Shown here piece after piece: positions 57,780 to 64,000 of a DNA stretch of 64,000 bases (within the stretch, counting starts at the first letter, position 1; the number at the start of each line of letters is the position of its first letter). This DNA comes from Salpingoeca rosetta. Lineage: Eukaryota; Protista; Choanoflagellata. The stretch spans positions 7,007-71,006 of the forward strand of contig JAWQFM010000007.1 in assembly GCA_033442325.1 (NCBI GenBank), in the 5' to 3' direction. The position numbers were made by a program, and so were the translations under genes. Under the pieces are notes generated by a model. The model had not been told where the DNA came from. It searched no databases and worked only from the letters and a program-made list of their open reading frames with translations.

Positions 57780-58021
57780 AACACACATAAACACACATAC
57801 ACACACACATATGCACACACACACACACACAGAGCTCACGGCATGCTTGCGTTTTTCCTCCCTCTCCCCTCCCCCTCCGCCATGCCACATCTGTCCTTGT
57901 CCCCATGCGTATGCAGAGCGATTCGCTGCAAGGCCAACCCCAGGAAATCTTGGACCACATCAGCTCTTTCCTCCCCGCAACGTCAAAGCAGGCCTTGTGC
58001 GCCGCACTATCTCCGCCCTAA
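55794..58021 (+). CDS. FBXO7-like protein: ubiquitin-like domain, FP (FBXO7/PI31)-like region and terminal F-box; exons ~55794-55915, ~56288-57191, ~57563-57610, ~57917-58021
   Basis: MRVRV...LSLNGKTPL....[16 protein letters not shown] resembles the FBXO7 Ubl (MRLRV...ITLNYKDPL...TLASYGIVSGDLICLI). [13 protein letters not shown] resembles FP-domain LIHLLMLESGY. The last exon [18 protein letters not shown]...KQALC is an F-box pattern. Confidence 0.65.
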
Positions 58022-58342
58022 GCAAGAAAAAAAAAAAGGCACGACAACAAGAAACAACGAACAATCAGAGTGCCATCCAAGGCCTTGTGGCTGCTCCGTG
58101 CTCTTGCTTCTTCTCTTTCCTCTCACCTGTCGTCTCATGTCATGTCACTGCCTGCTGCGCTTGCTGTGTCCTTGCTTTGCTGCTCCCACCTGGCTCTGCA
58201 GATTTTTATGAGAAGATATACGTCAATTGTCACAACTTTTGTGAATTTTGCGCGCTCTCCCCCACCCCAACAAACAGACGTCAATTCTCCCTTGCTGCTA
58301 ACACCACCCCATCCATTCACACCCAACGCACCAAACCATACA

Positions 58343-60495
58343 ATGGATGCGGTGACAGCCGCGAGGAAGCAGGCAGCGTTCAAGCGCGGTCGCCGCCGCA
58401 GCGCCCCTGACCTGTACGTGTGCACCGCGAGGTCGTATCGAGGGAAGGAGGGAAGGGGAGAGCACGGCTCACTGGAAGAACTCTGCTGGTTGCTTGGTTG
58501 TGTGGTTGTTATTGTGTGGTTGTTGTGTTGTTTTGTGTGGTTTTGGATAAAATGCAGTGGCTGCGGTGTGGCCTGATGGCGTCCTCATGCGCCCACACAC
58601 CACATTACCCTTCGTGCGTGTGTGTATGGGTACTTCAGGGCTGCGGACATGAACATCTTCCCTGTCGAGATGAAAGTGCGTCGCGACCAAGACATCGGTG
58701 AGAGCAAGTGTGCACCTACGCTGTGGCCTTGGGTTGCATGCATGCTTGGAAGCAAGACGCTTTCGGGCGTGATGCTCACTTGTGCGGGTCGACAGGACGT
58801 GTACCCGTGTACTTCACGCTCGTACTTTGCATGCTTGCAGGCATCCAACTCAAAGCTGGGCGCACACGGTCTGGCCATGACCTCGGCGTCGTCGTTGGCG
58901 GCATCGTCGCAGGCACCCCTGCAGGTGGGTTTAAGCTGTTGTTGTTATTGCGCTGGTGTTGTGATTGCGCTGGTGCTGTTGTTGTTGATTGCGCTGTTAC
59001 TGCGATGGCATTCTGTGTCTAGTAGGTGTCTTCCAGTCTTCCTGCCGTTGTGCTTGTGTGTGATTGAAAGGTGTTGGCTGTGACCTTGATGCACAATTTG
59101 TGAGGTCAACCACAGCAACCACGTGTGCTGGTTGTGTGGCACCATGCACCCACGAACCGTGAATAACTTGCCCATTCGCTCCTTCCTTACACGCATTTGT
59201 CACTCGTTATGCACCGTCTTCCCCGTGCCCCACAACCATTGCACTCTTTTGTTCATTCTTCGACCCGTTTCAGATAAGCTCGGACAGCTTCACGTCGATG
59301 ACCTCTTGCTCAGTGTCAATCACCAGCCCCTTGAAGGCGTGACCAACGTGGAGTAAGCATCTCTCGGCTTCTCGCTGCTACATGTTTGCCGCTGCGTATC
59401 CCTCTCCTTCCCTCCCCCTCCCCCCCCCCCCCGCCCGGGCGGCTTGACAGTAACCGCACTACAGCTTTTCATGTGTGCTTACACACCAGCGATTGCCTCA
59501 CCACCCACCACATCCCCACACCACCCACCACCTCCTCAGGGCCGTGTCGCTGCTCAAGCGGGCTGTCACGTCGGGTGAGGTGCAGCTTCTCATTGGCCGG
59601 CCGATGCATGACAGCAAGACAAACAGCCCAAACGACAGCGGGTCTAACCTCGACAGCCCCCGAACCCGCGCCCGCCGCGCCCGCCGCCTCCCGTCCCGGC
59701 CACCAGGTGCCCCCGCATCAGCCACGCCGTCCCCGCCGACAACGGCTGCGGGCCCACGACGTCACCAGTCGCACCACCGCCAGCAACAAAGGCAACAACA
59801 TCTGCTGCTGCAGCAGCAACATGTGCCACAGCAACAACATGTGCCGCTCACAACCACCGATGACGAGGAGCATGCTGTGCCGGCAGCGGGCGCGGTGCAG
59901 CGTGAGCGACCGTCCCCAATCCACCCACAACGCGAGCACTTTGTTCGCGTGGTGCTCAGCGGGCAGGGCCTCGGCCTGCAGGTGCACCCCTCCCACGAAG
60001 ATACAGAGGCGTGCGTCATCGCCGTCTCTGCCACCGGAGATGCGGCGCGCGCTGGGCTGGCGGATGGCATGATCCTCAGGGCCATCAACGGACGCAGAAC
60101 AGACGATATGGCCGTCCAGGATGCACGCCGCGTGCTGGCGACCCTCTCCCGCAAGCGCGCGCTCAACCCCGCTGCCGTTGAGCTTGAGCCAACGGGCCGC
60201 CCCATCGGCATCACGCTGGCAGAGGCGGAGCCCGGCTTTGGTGTGCGCATTGCTGCCGTGCTTGACGGCAGCGTGGCGGCGGAGGATGGGCGGTTGGAGG
60301 CTGGCGACGTGATCACCAGCATCAATGACCTGGCAACCACAAACATGCGCGCCGGGCAGGTAGCACACGTGATGAAGCGGTGCAGTGCACGTGGGGAAGC
60401 AATTCGCCTCGATGTGCGCCGCGACACGGCCGCGTTTCTCGTGTCCCTCCCACCAGATGCAATCAGTGTTCCATCCGATGCTGAGACTTCCTCAG

Positions 60496-60546
<51 letters not shown>

Positions 60547-63500
60547 TGTGTGGGTGTGTGGGTGTGTGGGTGTGGGTGTGGGTGTGGGTGTGTGGGTGTC
60601 TGTGTCTGTGTCTGTGTCTGTGTCTGTGTCTGTGTGTGTCTGTCTGTCTGTCTGTCTGTCTATGCGTGTCTCTGTGTGTCTGTGTGTGTGTGTCTGTGTG
60701 TGTGTCTGTCTGTGCACATGTGTGTGCTTCACGATGCTTGTGCCCTTCACAACCTCCCCTTACCGCGCCACCTTGCACCTGTCCGCCACGCCTGCTGCAC
60801 CCCCTCGTGTGCCTCGACAGCGTCGGAGGTTGAGGATTCGCCCAAGCGCCGCATGCCACGCCGCTCCACAGGCCGCCCCGGCCGCCGCAGACGCAGGCGC
60901 GTGCCTCTCTCGGAGATCTTCGAGGTCACTCATAGAGTCGTGTGCCTGTGTCTCTGTGTCTGTGTCTGTGTCTCTGTCTGTGTATGTGCATTTGTCTGTC
61001 CGCCAACGCTTTCTTCTTTGCTTTTTCGGCTTTCGTCGTGTTGCGCTTGCTTGTTGTGGGCCATTTTGATTTCCCCACTTTGCTCGCATCATCATTCTTC
61101 TCATTCGTTACCACTTTTCGATGGATTGTTGTGTCACAACACCACAACGCACGGATTGTCTGATTGTTGCACTGTATCTATGCTGCCCAACTGACATGTT
61201 CCCTCTCTGCGCATGTGTGCGCGTGCGTGTGTGTCCTGTGCAGCACATGGGGACGGCGCTGACGGAGGAGCAGAAGGACATGGTGGCGCGGCAACTTCTT
61301 CCGGACGAACACGGAAACGTTGACCCTGATGATGTCAAGCACGCCGTGCGCATGGTCCTGGAGGACACGGTGAGCCGAATCTGTTGTTGTTAGCGTGGAC
61401 CACACCACATACACACACGCACACGGACACGCACACACACACACACGCACGGACACGCATGCATACATACACACACACATACACACACGTACACAAACAC
61501 ACACCTACACATGCACACACTCTCTGTCACACGCACTCATTTCTCCCCCACCCCCACCCCCCCCCCTCCTGATACCTTGCAGGAGAGCGAAGCGGGGGAA
61601 TCGTTTGTGTCTGCGGACGACACTGCGGACGAGCCCGCTGTTGCGCCAGGGTCAACGCGCATTCTGGAGAGGCGCATTCGCACGCTGAGTCAGCAGAATC
61701 ACGTGTTGCGGCAACAGCTCAAAGCAACGCAAGAGGTGCGTTGAAGAGAGACATGCTGCACATACTGATGCTCACCCTCATTCCTGCTTCCTGCTTTGCT
61801 CTTTCGCTTGCTTCCTTTGTGGAGTCACGTACATGTACACCCGCACGCACGTCACTTTTCATTTACTTACACGCACATGGCCATTCACGCATGCACACAC
61901 ATGCACACACATGCACACTCATGCACACACACGTGTAAAGCGCGTGGAAACGCTGGAATCGGAGCGAGACGACGCCGTCACAAAGGCGCACCTGACAGAC
62001 GAGGCGCAAACACAATCACGCCGCATTGAGGACGATTATCAAGAGGTGTGTGTTAATGCAGCCAGCGTCCTCGCTCTGCTTGATCTCATTCAGTCATTGC
62101 CAAAGTGGCTGCCGTCCATATCTTGCATACATCTGCAGACACACACACACACGCGCACAAATACGGACATACGCGAAATTGCACACACATACACACTCAC
62201 ACACACACACACACACGCATGCACCACGTGTGCACATAACCTCCATTGCTTGCTGGCTTGCTGCAGATTGTTGGGTTGCTGGAGGCCGAGGTGGCGCACC
62301 TGCGCGCCCAATTGCAGAGCAGTCCAGACAAGAAGGACGCGACGCTCGCTGCCCTGCGCCAACGCGTGCTCGTGCTTGGTGTGCAGCTCAATAAGGCCGT
62401 TGCTGCAAAGAACACTGTCCAGTCCGCCTGCGACACCCTTCGCGAATTCATCGACGTGCGTTTGTGTCTGTGTCTGTATGTATGTATGTATGTATGTATG
62501 TATGTATGTATGTATGTATGTATGTATGTATGTATGTATGTATGTATGTATGTATGTATGTATGTGTGTATGTATGTATGTATGTATGTATGTGTGTGTA
62601 TGTATGTATGTATGTATGTATGTATGTATGTATGTATGTATGTATGTATGTATGTATGTATGTATGTATGTATGTGTGTGTGTGTTTGTGTGGCTCAGCC
62701 ACTGCCGATGCAAGCACCAAATTGCTGCCGGCAAACAACACACCGCACTTGCTTTTTTTGCTCACCCACCATCGTCCACCCACGCTCCTACTCCCCTGCA
62801 CGCATGGCGCCACCACCACAGAGGGTCCATCGGCGGCTGAGCGTGGCCGGCACCCAGAAACTGTCTGCCGACCGCAGCCTTGCTGTGCGTGAGGACGGCA
62901 CGTTGCTTCACCGCCCGTCCGAGGGGCCCCTGCCACCTGCTGCGCCATGGGCTGCTGGCGACTTCTGCCTCGCCCCTTGCTCCCTGCACAACGGCCAGCT
63001 GCGCCCAGCCGTGATTGAGGCGATTGCTCTGACCGGCGAGGTGGCCCAGGTCAGGTACCAGGAGTACGACGACGTACCTGTTGTGGAGACCGTCTCCGTT
63101 GCACACCTCCGCCCCCTGGAACAGCAGCGCCACTTTGTCGTGCATTCTGCCCGCGACGGTGACTTGGCCCGTCGGTCTGTGCGTCGCGCAGGCCCAGGCG
63201 GTGCTGGTGGTGATGCGATAGTGCGTGGTGAGACGACGTTTCTCTCGCCAACAGAGAAGATGATTCTCGAAGATTGTGAAGAGACAAGCAGACGCGTCAC
63301 CACCATCTTGGAGAAGCAGCGTACGTACACCTGTGTGGTTGTCTACCTTCGACTTTGTGTATGTGTATGTGTGTGTGTCTGTGTTTGTGTTTGTGTGTAT
63401 GTGTGTGTGTGTGTGGGTGTGCGTGTGTTTTGGGGGTTTACTGCTGTTGGTATTCACGTCGGCCACCCTCTCACCCCTTTACCCTGGCTTGCACGTCCAT

Positions 63501-63599
63501 GTTCCATAACGTGCAGCGCTCCCGTTTGGTTGGGAGGAGGCATACACGGCTTCAGGAGTCAAGTATTACATCAAGTAAGTGCAGGCGCCACTCTCGCTG

Positions 63600-63655
<56 letters not shown>

Positions 63656-63869
63656 TTGTGTGTTACTGCTGCTCTGTGAGTGTCACGCATACACACACAC
63701 ACACACAAGTATACACGCGCATTTGCACACTAACGCACTCACTCGCTCACACCTTCTCATGTGCACTTGTATCTGCTCCGCCAGTCACGCGACCCAGACA
63801 ACGCAGTGGACGCACCCGGCATCAAACGCAGTGGACCAGCTGGTGCAACAGCCATCAGCCGCACTTTGA
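58343..63869 (+). CDS. STXBP4: STXBP4/Synip-like scaffold: 3 PDZ, EF-hand-like, coiled coil, Tudor-like and WW domains
   Basis: PDZ motifs ([26 protein letters not shown]; GLGLQV; [20 protein letters not shown]). LTEEQK...[36 protein letters not shown]...[14 protein letters not shown] and [32 protein letters not shown] all match recalled STXBP4. Confidence 0.85.
62476..62674. repeat. (TATG)n microsatellite in an STXBP4-like intron
   Basis: ~200 bp tatg run. Confidence 0.95.
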
Positions 63870-64000
63870 AGCGACACATCTCAAAATCAACGCCTTTATT
63901 TGCTTTTTCTCACGTTGATGGCATGGCATGACATGATAGATAAAGCAAGACAACCAGACAAGCGCATGTGGTATCAACATCACAGACAAACAATAAAACG

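Overview
Eukaryotic, intron-rich, GC-rich DNA with (CA)n/(TG)n microsatellites in most introns. Gene content and sequence style suggest a choanoflagellate such as Salpingoeca rosetta or a relative (inference). Nearly all long ORFs in the supplied track are microsatellite artefacts, so genes were rebuilt by hand from GT-AG exons, and family calls come from recalled motifs rather than database searches. Bases 1-10 kb contain no recognisable gene, only repeats and decayed exon-like remnants. Bases 10.1-16.4 kb are a mosaic of unrelated truncated or broken gene fragments: exostosin, WSC + GH3 glycosidase, a Cys-rich TNFR-like repeat protein, FANCD2 and an unknown. From 16.6 kb the region is compact and gene-dense: a TIR/HET-like-TPR-PH protein, an ABCG transporter, a truncated TIM44, spermine synthase, COG4, RPN12/PSMD8, a MYRF-like self-cleaving membrane transcription factor, TIMELESS, an AGPAT/PlsC acyltransferase, an FBXO7-like protein and an STXBP4-like multi-PDZ/Tudor/WW protein. 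No rRNA, tRNA, CRISPR array or transposase was recognised.
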